From Candidatus Zhuqueibacterota bacterium (GTDB taxonomy: Bacteria > SM23-31 > JBHPGK01), in NCBI GenBank assembly GCA_042570605.1, contig JBHPGK010000003.1, positions 1 to 55,997 of the forward strand: a stretch of 55,997 bases of DNA, given 5' to 3'. Positions 1-10,042 of the stretch are shown here, piece by piece (position 1 is the first letter of the stretch; the number at the start of each line of letters is the position of its first letter). The notes beneath the pieces were generated by a model that worked only from the letters and a program-made list of their open reading frames with translations, did no database searches and had not been told where the DNA came from. The position numbers and the translations under genes are program-made.

Positions 1-47
1 ATATTTTCTTAAAAGCGGTTAATAAGCTGAAATTCAGGACATCCTGG

Positions 48-1961
48 ATGCAGAAGGATCTCTTTTTGATATTAATTCTCGTGTTTGCCTCCTTTTTATT
101 CAGATTTATATATTATGTTGAGATAAACGACACACCATATTTTTTACCTACAGGCGAAGGATTGGACCAGAATACTTATATTGAATGGGCAAAAGAGATT
201 CGGTCGGGTGAATTGATCGGGGAGGGTGTTTTTGATTTCGCTCCGTTATATCCATATGTCTTAGCGGGTGCGTTCCTTATCTCAAATAATGATCTAAACT
301 TTGCTCTCCTTGTCCAACTGATCATTTGTTCGCTTGGAAGCGTAATAATCTACGTTATATGTAAAAAAATATTTGGAAAATGGCCTGCCTTTATTTCGGG
401 GCTGATCTATTCATTTTATGGTGTTCTTGTGTTTTTCACTCTACAGTTCCTTGGTGAAAGCATTTCCATACTGCTTCTACTCATTTCGCTGTATTATTAT
501 ATTTCCGGACAGGAAAAGTCAAAAGGCATATATTTTTTAACCAGCGGAATAATACTCGGAGTTGCAGCATTAGGCAGACCGAACTTTTTGCTTATTCCTG
601 TATTGGTATTTTTGTGGTGGATATATAATGAGATCAGGAAAAACAGTAATAATAGAAAATTTTATTTGATCTATCTGCTGGGTGCTTTTCTTGCAATTGC
701 CCCGGCAACCCTCAGGAATTATGTAATAGCAAAAGATTTTGTTCCGATTACTTCTCACGGAGGCATTAATTTTTATCTTGGAAACAACACTGATGCGACA
801 GGTACTTTGACAATGCCTGAAGAGATACCTCCAACACAGAAAGGAGCTGTAGAATATTCTAAGATCATTGCTGAAAGAGAGGAAGGCAGAACTCTAAAAC
901 CTTCTGAAGTTTCATTTTACTGGATAAAAAAAGGGATGAATTATATAATTTCAGATCCATTCAAATTTTTTAAGCTTGAAATGAAAAAAATCCTGCTGTT
1001 TTTTGAAGGTTATGAAATTCCGCTTGATTCTAATTTTGAAATTTACAAAGACAGATTCAAAACACTTAGATTTTCGATCGGATACTGGTTGATCGCCCCT
1101 CTGGCATTGTTCGGGATATTTGTTTCCAGACGGAAAACAACCAAAGATACAATAATACTGCTTTATTTTACCGGAGTTTTTCTCTCAGTTATTTTGTTTT
1201 ATGTTTCATCCAGGTACAGGCTTCCTGCCGTACCTCTGCTGATGATTTATGCAGGATATTCTTTTAAATATATTTTCAGTGAAATAAAAAATACTGGAAG
1301 AAAAGAGAAAATTATTAAGGTTTTTATTTTACTTTTCCTGTTTTTAATCGTCAATATAAATGTAAAGCAAAATTCTAAGAAGGATATGTATACATCAATA
1401 TCAAAATATAATTTAGGTAATTCATTCGTAACACAGGGCTACTTAGACGGCGGCATTGAACTGTATGAAGAAGCCCTGAGTTTAAATGAACAGTGGCACC
1501 CTGCAAAGGTAAGCCTGGCTGCTGCTTACAATTTGAAAGCGGCAAATGCGCTTAATAATGAACAAAGTGATCTGGCAGTGGAATTGTTAAATAAATCGAT
1601 TAATCTTGACAATACAAAACATGAATATTATTTTAATATTGGTAATGCTTATATTAAACTTAAAGATTACACCAGTGCAGTTGCGTCCTTTGAAAGGTCG
1701 GTCAGCTTATCTCCTGAATATACGAACGGTTTGACGAATTTAGGGTATGCGTATTTTCGCTGGGGAGTTGAGAATATAAATATTGAGTATATCGATAAGG
1801 CAATAAACTATTTAAGCAGAACATTAAAAATAGATGCAAATCAATCACGGGCACGTGAAATTTTGAATGTAGGAATTTATATAAAACAAACGTTTGATAA
1901 AGATCCTTCACAGGCCCGGAAAATAATGGTTGATTTAAGAAAAGAATTTAATTTAAATTAA
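48..1961 (+). CDS. GT-C fold membrane glycosyltransferase (GT39/PMT_2/ArnT-like) with C-terminal TPR repeats
   Basis: Many TM helices; first-loop Asp (GLDQNTY), FAPLYPY, GRPNFL, GGINFYLGNN and SRYRLP motifs typical of this family; TPRs at the C-terminus (YNLGNSF, YYFNIGNAY, TNLGYAY). Confidence 0.85.
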   Translation: MQKDLFLILILVFASFLFRFIYYVEINDTPYFLPTGEGLDQNTYIEWAKEIRSGELIGEGVFDFAPLYPYVLAGAFLISNNDLNFALLVQLIICSLGSVIIYVICKKIFGKWPAFISGLIYSFYGVLVFFTLQFLGESISILLLLISLYYYISGQEKSKGIYFLTSGIILGVAALGRPNFLLIPVLVFLWWIYNEIRKNSNNRKFYLIYLLGAFLAIAPATLRNYVIAKDFVPITSHGGINFYLGNNTDATGTLTMPEEIPPTQKGAVEYSKIIAEREEGRTLKPSEVSFYWIKKGMNYIISDPFKFFKLEMKKILLFFEGYEIPLDSNFEIYKDRFKTLRFSIGYWLIAPLALFGIFVSRRKTTKDTIILLYFTGVFLSVILFYVSSRYRLPAVPLLMIYAGYSFKYIFSEIKNTGRKEKIIKVFILLFLFLIVNINVKQNSKKDMYTSISKYNLGNSFVTQGYLDGGIELYEEALSLNEQWHPAKVSLAAAYNLKAANALNNEQSDLAVELLNKSINLDNTKHEYYFNIGNAYIKLKDYTSAVASFERSVSLSPEYTNGLTNLGYAYFRWGVENINIEYIDKAINYLSRTLKIDANQSRAREILNVGIYIKQTFDKDPSQARKIMVDLRKEFNLN

Positions 1962-1977
1962 TCAAGATGGTGAAATT

Positions 1978-3381
1978 ATGAAGATAAGAAAAAAAGGTTT
2001 AGGTTTAATGGTTTTAATATTGATGTTTATTTTTCATTTAAACATTAATGCCCAGGTTGTTCAGGAATCTTCAAAGGGCAGGGTACTGAATTTTTACTAT
2101 GATTATGCTTCTTACAAAGGCAGTGATAATAAATCAGTTTTAGAGTTCTATTATCAAATTTCAAATGATGTTGTGACATTTACCAAAACAGATGAAGGAT
2201 TTTCCGGAAAGTATGAACTGGCGGTCTCATTTTATGATAATGAAACCGACAGACTGGTGGAATACAAAAACTGGGAAGAACAGTTAAGCGTAAATAATTA
2301 CAAGGAAACAACATTACAGAGTGAGTTCTGGATAAATCAGATGAATTTCAATCTGAATCCGGGCGAATATAAGATGAAAATTCAGCTCAATGATGTGGAA
2401 ACCGATCACAAAAATGATTTCTCCACTGATATTGTGATTAATAATTATGAAAATGGCCGCAGGATCTTATTAAGTGATATTGAATTGGTATGTTCAAAAT
2501 TAAAGGATGAAGTAAATCCCCGCTTCAAAAAAAGTGATAATTTAAATCTTGTACCGAATGCGACTACTGTTTTTGGAGATTTATTACCGGAATTAAATGT
2601 TTATTATGAACTTTACAATCTTCCTTTTGAAACTGATGAAGATGGTCTGCTTACTGTAGAATACAGGATCGTTAACTACCGGGGCGAGATCATTTTTTCA
2701 TTTTTTGAGGACTTAAAATTTGATGCCTTATCAACAACTCAATTTGCTGCAATTCCACTGGAAAGTATTAGTGAGGGTAAATATTACCTTGAAGTAAGAA
2801 TCAGAACCAATTCCAATGAAAAATTTGTGTCTAAAGAAAAAAGGTTCTTTGTCAAAAGATCGTTCGGACCTATAGGTGAGGATATTGAAAAGAAGATCAC
2901 TTACCTAAAATATATTGCAAAAAGCAGTGAAATCAAGAAAATGGAGAAAGCTGATCCTGCTGAAAAAAGAAAATTGTGGCTAAGTTTCTGGAAAGAAAAG
3001 GACCCAACGCCTAACACTCCGGAAAATGAATCCATGCAGGAATATTACAGGAGGATCCGCTATTCCAATGAAAAATTCTCGCATACCAAAGAAGGCTGGA
3101 TTTCCGATAGAGGCAGAATATATATAAAATTAGGTAAGGCGGATGAAATAACATCTAATTTTCTTTATGGAGCAATTCAGGATGATACTCAAAAAGATGG
3201 TTTTAGAGACAATATAGGAGGTCTGGATGACAGGACATTCATGTCTGATCAAAGTCTTGGATTACACGGTTCAAAACCCTGCATTATCTGGTATTATTAT
3301 TCTTTAAAGAAGAAGTTCGTTTTTGTTGATAAGCATGGCACAGGCGATTACATATTGATAAACCAGAGAGCAGATTGGTAA
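1978..3381 (+). CDS. Secreted GWxTD domain-containing protein
   Basis: Signal peptide; FWKEKDPTPNTPENE..EYYRRIRYSNEKF..GWISDRGRIYIKLG signature. Confidence 0.9.
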   Translation: MKIRKKGLGLMVLILMFIFHLNINAQVVQESSKGRVLNFYYDYASYKGSDNKSVLEFYYQISNDVVTFTKTDEGFSGKYELAVSFYDNETDRLVEYKNWEEQLSVNNYKETTLQSEFWINQMNFNLNPGEYKMKIQLNDVETDHKNDFSTDIVINNYENGRRILLSDIELVCSKLKDEVNPRFKKSDNLNLVPNATTVFGDLLPELNVYYELYNLPFETDEDGLLTVEYRIVNYRGEIIFSFFEDLKFDALSTTQFAAIPLESISEGKYYLEVRIRTNSNEKFVSKEKRFFVKRSFGPIGEDIEKKITYLKYIAKSSEIKKMEKADPAEKRKLWLSFWKEKDPTPNTPENESMQEYYRRIRYSNEKFSHTKEGWISDRGRIYIKLGKADEITSNFLYGAIQDDTQKDGFRDNIGGLDDRTFMSDQSLGLHGSKPCIIWYYYSLKKKFVFVDKHGTGDYILINQRADW

Positions 3382-3403
3382 ATTCAATTAATGGAGGTTT
3401 AGG

Positions 3404-4777
3404 TTGAAAAAGATAATTTTTATAGTAACGTTACTTTTAGTATTTTCAATATCATATGCACAGGAAAATGTCGGTCAGGAAGAATTCCCGTTCTATGTTG
3501 ATGCTTCCAGTTTTCCTGAGATATCAAATAACAGGACCTATACAGAGGTTTATTTTGGGCTTTTTGGCGAATCCCTGGAATTTATTAAAACCGACCAGGG
3601 AGAAAAAATGGCAGGCTTTGTTATCACGGCTGAAGTTTACGACGATGCAGACAGCATGGTTGATAATAGAAAATGGATTAATGAAGTAAATGAGAAGAAC
3701 CTTACAGGCAGTTCCACTCCATTGTTTCATATTGGATATATGACATTGAGCCCGGGTAAGTTTAAGATCAGATCAACTGTTACTGATATTGTTTCAAACA
3801 AACAAAGAGTTATAAACAGTGTTATTAATGTACCTGATTTCTTTAATGAGAAAAAGTTAAAAGTCAGTGACCTCGAACTTGCATACAGAATTGATAAAGC
3901 AGCTGAAAAAAATCCATTTGTGAAGAATGGTCTGATGGTTGTTCCAAATCCGACCAGGATATTCACGGTAGGTAAAAATCTCTTATATGTTTATTTTGAA
4001 GTAATAAATCTCGATTATTCTGAGAATTCTAACGGGACCTTAAGTATAAAATATGAATTTGAAGATAATATGGGGAATATTATCAAGACATATGATCAGG
4101 TGGTAAAAAAACCCGGTAAATCGGCAATAATATACAGACCTTTTAATATTGCCACTTTGAAACCGGGATTATATACAATAAACGCCCATGTTACGGATGA
4201 TAATAGCAGTGAGAGTTATTCAAGCAACAGGGAATTTGAGGTGTTCCGGGTGCAGTCCGTACCAAGACCGTCTGCTTTGAACGGTGGGCAGATTACTGAA
4301 TTAACGGAAGAGCAGTCAGAAATGTATAAGAATTTTATATCGGCTGTCGGGACTGAAAATGAAGTGGAAATTTTTAAATCTCTGAACGCAAAAGACCAGA
4401 TTTCGTTCATTCAGAATTTTTGGAGAAAGAGAGATCCTGACCCGGATACCCCCGAAAATGAATTCAGAAATGAAATGTTGAGAAGATGGAATTATGTTAA
4501 GAGATATGACAGGAATAAGGTCAAAGGCTATAGAACTCATAGGGGACAGGTATATCTGGAACTGGGCGAAGCGGACCATATTGAAACTCTTCCGAATCCC
4601 GGGTTAAGGCCTCATGAGATCTGGAATTACTATGAAATGAGAATTAAAATTATTTTCGCTGACCTTAGAGGTACCGGTGTTTATACAATTGTTAGTGAAG
4701 AAAGACCTGATCAAACCGGAAACAGGGATGATAACTGGCAGCAAAGAATCAGAGTGGATAAAGCAGGGATAAGGTAG
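3404..4777 (+). CDS. Secreted GWxTD domain-containing protein (divergent motif)
   Basis: TTG start with GGAGG RBS; signal peptide; FWRKRDPDPDTPENE..GYRTHRGQVYLELG..EIWNY..IIFAD; shares LSDLEL..F.K....VPNPT with the upstream paralogue. Confidence 0.85.
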   Translation: MKKIIFIVTLLLVFSISYAQENVGQEEFPFYVDASSFPEISNNRTYTEVYFGLFGESLEFIKTDQGEKMAGFVITAEVYDDADSMVDNRKWINEVNEKNLTGSSTPLFHIGYMTLSPGKFKIRSTVTDIVSNKQRVINSVINVPDFFNEKKLKVSDLELAYRIDKAAEKNPFVKNGLMVVPNPTRIFTVGKNLLYVYFEVINLDYSENSNGTLSIKYEFEDNMGNIIKTYDQVVKKPGKSAIIYRPFNIATLKPGLYTINAHVTDDNSSESYSSNREFEVFRVQSVPRPSALNGGQITELTEEQSEMYKNFISAVGTENEVEIFKSLNAKDQISFIQNFWRKRDPDPDTPENEFRNEMLRRWNYVKRYDRNKVKGYRTHRGQVYLELGEADHIETLPNPGLRPHEIWNYYEMRIKIIFADLRGTGVYTIVSEERPDQTGNRDDNWQQRIRVDKAGIR

Positions 4778-5140
4778 AACGTATATTATTGCCATTAGTT
4801 ATGCTATTAATAATTATTATATAAACATAATCAATTCGAATTATGTAAAGGTGGTAAATGAAATTTAGGCTTGTCATTTTGATGACGGGTTTAGGTTTAG
4901 TAATTCTTTTTTGTATTTTAAAGAAATTTGTAATTGAAATCTTCTGCCTTGGGAAACCATCCGGTATATTATCGTATACTGTTTATTTTTATTTTAATTG
5001 TAAATATATTGTATGTTTAAATATAGAACGTTTTGGTAAGCCTGTATTGGTCTCTTTGCATGTCCCCTCTGGAGTGATTTGGAATCTCTTGGAAAAAAAC
5101 AACGTTCCCGCTTTGACAGGATCCTGCCAAAGGTGGAAAT

Positions 5141-5166
5141 GGATTCCCGTTTTCAAGGGAATGACA
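5141..5166 (+). repeat. Solitary dRS3/REP-like palindrome GGATTCCC-N8-GGGAATGACA
   Basis: Same core as the copies at 14290 and in the 17031-18383 array. Confidence 0.75.
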
Positions 5167-5301
5167 TTTTTTGTGGGCTTTTTGCCCAACCACATGACAC
5201 ATTTATGGATTTTCCTTTTTATTAAAGAAACCATAGTGAATGTTATTAATAAAATAAATATAAATCATCAAATCTCAATGGTATATAATGAAGGATGAGA
5301 T

Positions 5302-5721
5302 ATGAAAAATATATTATACATTACATTATATTTTAGTCTTGTTGTACTTGCGTGTTCCAGTGACACAAATGGACCTGTGGAAGGTTTCCCGGTACACCTG
5401 GAAATTACAGTAAAAGCATATAACAGCATCCAGAGGGAGTATTCCAAAGTAACGGGAGCAATCGTTGAACTGCTCGATTATAACAAAAATTATATAAAAG
5501 GTAAACTTTTTAGAGAATTTTCGGATGAATACGGGATCGCTGTTTTTGAGACTGATTCCAATGTCCTGAGTCCTAACAGGAATTATCTTGTTGTGCTATC
5601 TCATCCGTCAAATCCGGCTTTAACGGAAACTGAAACAGAATTTCAAATGCCAGCAACACCGAATGAAGGGAAAATGTTTTTTGTTCAGGCGGAATGTATT
5701 ATTAATGTAAGGAGCGAATAA
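5302..5721 (+). CDS. Lipoprotein with one beta-sandwich (carboxypeptidase-regulatory/transthyretin-like) domain
   Basis: Lipobox VVLA-C; GAIVELLD..SDEYGIAVF..NYLVVLSHPS pattern. Confidence 0.7.
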   Translation: MKNILYITLYFSLVVLACSSDTNGPVEGFPVHLEITVKAYNSIQREYSKVTGAIVELLDYNKNYIKGKLFREFSDEYGIAVFETDSNVLSPNRNYLVVLSHPSNPALTETETEFQMPATPNEGKMFFVQAECIINVRSE

Positions 5722-5723
5722 TT

Positions 5724-6479
5724 GTGAAAAAGGCTTATATCAGAATTTATGTATTTTCAGTATTTGTACTCAGTTTTTTCAATTGTGAAAATAACAGCTT
5801 AGAAATAGAACCAATGGCGGTTAAGGTCAGATGTTATGTAACTCACAATTCTCCGATCAGCGGTGAATATATGGCCACCGAGGATGCGATAGTTGATATT
5901 TTGAATACCTCCGGTAGACCTGTAAAACCGGATATCTCCTTAACAAGCACTACAGATAGTCTCGGGATGGCAACGATTATCACAAATAATGAAATTCTTC
6001 TTCCGAGAAATAATTATATTGCCGCTGTTAGTTATCCTTCATCGACCACAGCCGAAAAGGAATTTCAAATACCGCAGTATCCTAACAATGTAAAAGAATA
6101 TGTTATTGATCTGGAAATACAGCATTCAGTAGGTGATGACCCAAACTATGTGCCTAAGGTCAAGGTGCAGGTTTATATACAGGAAAAAATTCCGGGAACT
6201 GATTCTTTAAGGAACTCAGCATCTGCAGACCTGGGATTATATGATCTGGATGGCATTAATACTCCCGCACCGGATAACTATGTATATAAAAAGACAACTA
6301 ATAATGACGGCTATGCAGAGTTTATAGTATCGAGAGATTATTTTCTTCCCGGGGGCTCTTACGCTGTAAAGGCTTCTAAAAATGCATATAATGACAACCT
6401 GGTCAGCTTTACTGTTCCCACGGAGCTGCAGGGGAGTTATTATATTGTAATAGTCAATATTATATTGGATTTTAATTAA
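5724..6479 (+). CDS. Lipoprotein with two copies of the same beta-sandwich domain
   Basis: GTG start, signal ending FFN-C; internal repeat (TTDSLGMATI..LLPRNNYIA / TTNNDGYAEF..FLPGGSYAV). Confidence 0.7.
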   Translation: MKKAYIRIYVFSVFVLSFFNCENNSLEIEPMAVKVRCYVTHNSPISGEYMATEDAIVDILNTSGRPVKPDISLTSTTDSLGMATIITNNEILLPRNNYIAAVSYPSSTTAEKEFQIPQYPNNVKEYVIDLEIQHSVGDDPNYVPKVKVQVYIQEKIPGTDSLRNSASADLGLYDLDGINTPAPDNYVYKKTTNNDGYAEFIVSRDYFLPGGSYAVKASKNAYNDNLVSFTVPTELQGSYYIVIVNIILDFN

Positions 6480-6531
6480 TAAGTAGTATAAAATAATAAT
6501 TTAGGGATTTTCTAAAAAGCAGAGGGAATCT

Positions 6532-9051
6532 ATGAAAAAGATGAATTGTTTTTCCGGGATCGCATTAATTTTATTCAGCTTATTTTTTGTTTTATCAGAC
6601 GTTTTTGCTGATGGTACCACAGGCACACTCGCCGGTTATGTAAAAGATAAAAAGACAAAAGAGCCATTACCCGGGGCACAGGTGATTATTTTAAATACGA
6701 AATTGGGAGCAGCAGCAGATAAAGACGGGTTTTATATTGTCAATCATATACCAGCGGGTACTTACACAGTAAAGATCACTCATGTAGGGTATACCCCGCT
6801 GATAGTCAAGGACGTTAATATAACCGCCGACCAGAGAACCAGCATGAATTTTGAAATAGAAGAAGGCGTTATTGAAGGAGAAGAAATTGTTATTACTGCC
6901 CGGAGACCCTTGATCCAGTCAAATGTAACTTCAACCAGCCACTACATTGAGGGCAAGAATTTTAACCAGCTCCCCGTGGAGGATTTTGCAGAGATGTTAA
7001 ACCTGCTGCCCGGAGTGGTAAATGAACATTTCAGAGGCGGAAGAAGCTCGGAAGTCCTGTATCTTGTTGACGGCATCCCCGTCCAGGAAGCATTAAGAGG
7101 CGGAAAAGGTGCTCTTCTTCCGAATAACTCAATTGTTGAAATGACCGTTCATACCGGAGGATTTAATGCCGAGTACGGAAGGGCGATGTCAGGTGTGGTT
7201 AATCTTGTTACTAAGGAAGGAGGCAGGACTTTTAACGGATACGGACTTTTTACCTCAGATATGTTTTCAAAGTACATCAAAAACCATGAATTTGACAATT
7301 ATTATAAATATGAGTTTAATTTTGGGGGACCGATTGGAAATAACATCAATTATTTTTTATCATCCGACCTGAGATTGACAGACACAAAGCATAGAAATGA
7401 CGCCGTATTCGATCAAGAATACCGTTTTTTCAATTCCCCTGTCCGGGAAAATTTTAATACGATGGGAAAAGTATCCATAAAAATCAATGAAAACATGAAA
7501 CTTATTGCCCAGGGATTGTATTCCAACTGGGTGGAGCATGAATATGAACACAGGTGGAGATTCAACCTTCAGGGACTTCCTGAAATGAAGAAACACAGCT
7601 ACAGGGGCAGTCTTAATTTTATTCACATGATATCTTCAAGCACTTATTATGATTTCTCTTTAAGCGCCCTCGATATCTTTAACAAGGTATTGGGAAAACC
7701 TTCTGAAGAATATAAAAAAGTGGAGCTCTATGACCCAACCGATCCTTTGAGTTATGTGAGAAAGGGAGACAAGCAGTGGTGGCAGGATAATGAGGAAATA
7801 ACTGCAATTGGGAAATTCAGTTTGACCAGCCAGATAAACAGGTATCACCAGATCAGGTTCGGTTTTGAGTTTATTTATTACGATCTATATGTAAATGATG
7901 TTAAATATTACGAGGTAAATGTAGATTCTTCACAGAATCTTCTGGGGTATAATGTTGTGAACAACAAATATCATTATTTCCCCAAAGCAGCAGCGGCATT
8001 CGTCCAGGATAAGATTGAATATGAAGGATTTGTCGGGAATTTTGGAATAAGGTTTGATTATTTTGATCCAACGGCAGAGCGGCCTGCCGCTGAGCTCCCA
8101 ACGTCAGGATCAACAAGTGAGAGAAAATCAATTCCCAAAATTAAAGCTTCCAGCAAATTTCAGATCAGCCCGAGGGTCGGAATAACTTTCCCGATCACGC
8201 AAAAAGAAATTGTTCATTTGAACTACGGCTGGTTCTTTCAGATGCCTCTTTTCTCATATCTTTTTACAAATTTAAATTATGATTTCTCAGGTTACTGGCC
8301 TCTGGTTGGTGATCCAGATCTTAAACCTGAAAAAACCATTGCATATGAAGTTGGGTACCAGAGGATGCTCGGTGAAAATGCAGTTATTTCCGTAACAGGA
8401 TTCAGCAAGGATATAAGTAATCTTGTGGATACAAAAACCTATGCTCTGCCCGATACATTTATACTGGGGCATCCTGCAAGAAGAGGATATGCCGAATATG
8501 TGAACCTGGCTTACGGGCGGGCGATCGGACTTGAATTTGCACTGTTAAAGCGATATTCAAATTATTACTCGACCAAGTTGTCTTATACATTTATGAAGGC
8601 TTCAGGGTCGAGTTCAGCAGCGGGCGAGGGGTATAACTGGATGATTTGGGGTGTAAATGTTCCAAAGGACAGGGAATACCCGTTAAGCTGGGATCAGAGG
8701 CATACTTTTATCGGTGAATTTAACTTCAAGATCCCGAATTCCTGGGGCATTTACTTAATATATAAACTGAACAGCCCGCTCCCATATACGGAAACTAACA
8801 GTATTAGGCCGAACGATGAAAGGATGAAATGGCGTGAATACCTTGACATAAAACTTTCAAGAGAATTAAGATTTATTCTGAACAACAATCGAGCGGGATA
8901 TCTGATGGCTTATCTTGAGGTTAAGAATGCCCTGAATAAAACCAACATATTGTGGGTGGACCCGAATGGGCTGCCCGGCGGTAAACTTAGTGATCCGACA
9001 GCTTTTGACCTGGGACGCAGGATCAGGTTAGGCGTTATTATGAAATTTTAG
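6532..9051 (+). CDS. TonB-dependent receptor with N-terminal carboxypeptidase regulatory-like domain
   Basis: GTLAGYVKDKKTKEPLPGA N-domain; plug motifs FRGGRSSEV, GGFNAEYG, SGVVNLVTKEG; DLKPEKTIAYEVG; C-terminal Phe. Confidence 0.93.
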   Translation: MKKMNCFSGIALILFSLFFVLSDVFADGTTGTLAGYVKDKKTKEPLPGAQVIILNTKLGAAADKDGFYIVNHIPAGTYTVKITHVGYTPLIVKDVNITADQRTSMNFEIEEGVIEGEEIVITARRPLIQSNVTSTSHYIEGKNFNQLPVEDFAEMLNLLPGVVNEHFRGGRSSEVLYLVDGIPVQEALRGGKGALLPNNSIVEMTVHTGGFNAEYGRAMSGVVNLVTKEGGRTFNGYGLFTSDMFSKYIKNHEFDNYYKYEFNFGGPIGNNINYFLSSDLRLTDTKHRNDAVFDQEYRFFNSPVRENFNTMGKVSIKINENMKLIAQGLYSNWVEHEYEHRWRFNLQGLPEMKKHSYRGSLNFIHMISSSTYYDFSLSALDIFNKVLGKPSEEYKKVELYDPTDPLSYVRKGDKQWWQDNEEITAIGKFSLTSQINRYHQIRFGFEFIYYDLYVNDVKYYEVNVDSSQNLLGYNVVNNKYHYFPKAAAAFVQDKIEYEGFVGNFGIRFDYFDPTAERPAAELPTSGSTSERKSIPKIKASSKFQISPRVGITFPITQKEIVHLNYGWFFQMPLFSYLFTNLNYDFSGYWPLVGDPDLKPEKTIAYEVGYQRMLGENAVISVTGFSKDISNLVDTKTYALPDTFILGHPARRGYAEYVNLAYGRAIGLEFALLKRYSNYYSTKLSYTFMKASGSSSAAGEGYNWMIWGVNVPKDREYPLSWDQRHTFIGEFNFKIPNSWGIYLIYKLNSPLPYTETNSIRPNDERMKWREYLDIKLSRELRFILNNNRAGYLMAYLEVKNALNKTNILWVDPNGLPGGKLSDPTAFDLGRRIRLGVIMKF

Positions 9052-9175
9052 ATAAAACCATAAAGATACTGAGTCACAAAGGAAAGAATCTCTCGCAGAG
9101 GCGCAAAGAACGCAGATTTTAGGATACAGGTCAGTTACCTGTCCTCAACAAAAACCATCGGTATGTTTTATGGTA

Positions 9176-9549
9176 CTGGACTACCCCCATTTTTTAATAA
9201 GAGTTGTCATTCCGATTCCCCAGGTGTTGGGGAGAATCTCCTTCCACGGCATAAATGTCATTGCGCGTGTCCGCCTCTGGCGGAATCCCGGTTTACCGGG
9301 AGAAGCAATCTACTACCACAAAGACAAATCCTAAAATCAGGCAGATTACGATCCCGAGAAATCGGGACCACCGCATTCTGCGGGACAGGCAGGCTGCCGC
9401 TTCGCTCCTCGTCCCGCTGATGGCGGGAACCACCTCTGGCTGATAATGACATCTTCGTTTTAATTATTTTTCATGTCTATATTTCTCCTAAGTATTTACA
9501 TTATCAATAAGATAAATCATATAACTTGCAAATTTTGGGGGTTGTCCAG
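9176..9549. mobile_element. MITE-like element with IS3-like terminal inverted repeats
   Basis: CTGGACTACCCCCA (9176-9189) and TGGGGGTTGTCCAG (9536-9549) match at 13/14; flanked by a GTA direct repeat (9173-9175, 9550-9552); no transposase. Confidence 0.6.
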
Positions 9550-9736
9550 GTATGTCTGATTGCCTACTCAGAGGAAGCCTGAGGAAGAGAATAAACGCAA
9601 TTATATTAAAATGTATTGGTAATTAACAGGGGCGGTTCGCGCCCCCGCACGATTGTATTAATATTCAATAAAACAACCACAAAGACACGGAGAAAATTAT
9701 CTGTAGGGACAAAAGCCCCAGCGATATGCAGGCAGA

Positions 9737-9949
9737 AGTCTCACTAACTCCGTTCTTCAGGGCGGAGATCTAGCAAACGAAAAGCCATCATGGGCTTCAG
9801 CCCTGCACCCACCGGATTTAACTCAATATATCGTGATGCTGTTATAAGATGTCTTGTGTCTTCGAAATTATGGTAAAATGAGGGGCTGAAGCCCCGGTTG
9901 TTGATCATGTTTATTTCTCCGCCCTGAAGGACGGAGTGTTAGTGAGACT
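9737..9949. repeat. Fold-back (REPIN/MITE-like) element with nested inverted repeats
   Basis: AGTCTCACTAACTCCGTTCTTCAGGGCGGAGA and TCTCCGCCCTGAAGGACGGAGTGTTAGTGAGACT at the ends; inner pair GGGCTTCAGCCC / GGGCTGAAGCCC. Confidence 0.75.
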
Positions 9950-10007
9950 CTTTACAGCTGAAGGAACCACACGCACCACTGCTGGAATGACACCTATACA
10001 TTTTACA

Positions 10008-10042
10008 CCATGCCCCATGCTCTATGCGCCATGCTCTATGCT
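10008..10042 (+). repeat. Heptamer tandem repeat C(C/T)ATGCN x5
   Basis: CCATGCC CCATGCT CTATGCG CCATGCT CTATGCT. Confidence 0.7.

Noticed and set aside
4858-5298. 146-aa ORF and overlapping minus-strand ORFs
   Set aside because: No recognisable motifs; they run through a REP palindrome (WIPVFKGMT) in AT-rich intergenic DNA.
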